Source of the DNA: Candidatus Omnitrophota bacterium
GTDB taxonomy: Bacteria; Omnitrophota; Omnitrophia; Omnitrophales; Aquincolibacteriaceae
NCBI GenBank assembly: GCA_035352955.1
Contig: DAOPYQ010000003.1
Span: 76,901 to 140,900, forward strand
Direction of reading: 5' to 3'
Length of the DNA: 64,000 nucleotides
Under the pieces are notes generated by a model. The model was given only the letters and a program-made list of their open reading frames with translations. It was not told where the DNA came from and did no database searches. A program made the translations under genes and the position numbers. Below, piece by piece: positions 63,926-64,000 of this stretch (the stretch's first letter is position 1; the number at the start of each line of letters is the position of its first letter).

Positions 63926-64000
63926 CCCGGCTTATTTCGACCAGTGCCTCCGAACCCAGTCCGACGAACGGTCCGAGGAAGAACGGTAAGCGATGGAATA

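Noticed and set aside
63932-64000. A minus-strand open frame ending ...DWVRRHWSK* at the window end.
   Set aside because: Only 22 codons are visible and there is no recognisable motif. It may be the 3' end of a convergent gene, but the visible sequence cannot support that.

Overview
This is a 64-kb stretch of a moderately GC-rich bacterial chromosome of the diderm (Gram-negative) type, shown by a secretin and ADP-heptose genes. I call about 60 protein genes and 3 tRNAs. Nearly everything is on the minus strand; only rpoN, two hsp20 genes and dusB are on plus. I saw no rRNA, CRISPR array, transposase, integrase or prophage genes.

Housekeeping blocks:
- ABC ATPase, accD and the divergent rpoN
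- gltB-gltD
- pfkB kinase, thiE, rfaE2, gmhA, pfk, accC-accB and aroQ
- thrS-infC-rpmI-rplT-pheS-pheT-rarA
- lipA, aminotransferase, murI, queC, queE, rph and rdgB

Two accessory regions stand out.
1. A 13-gene MSHA/T2SS-like type IV filament cluster at 43.2-54.5 kb.
2. One uninterrupted 11,055-nt ORF (20734..31788, 3,684 aa). It sits downstream of a STAS-PilZ gene and a 24% GC island, and has candidate promoters (the one nearest the gene is weak), an RBS and a terminator.

The giant ORF is the best candidate for something undescribed. It has a signal peptide and several transmembrane clusters. It has internal signal-peptide-like segments and a perfect 352-bp tandem duplication. A motif RAEKR (7 exact copies, about 10 close variants) closes successive modules, like a polyprotein linker or processing site.

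Smaller observations:
- a promoter-plus-terminator small-RNA candidate
- a duplicated tRNA-Gly 3' end inside a structured element
- a 63-bp tandem repeat that copies the end of pheS
- a sigma-54 promoter with palindromes in front of hsp20
- a lysine-less lipoyl-domain gene next to lipA

All functional calls come from reading the translations and from motif memory. No database search was run. A guess at lineage (PVC/Omnitrophota-like, where giant genes are known) is inference only.
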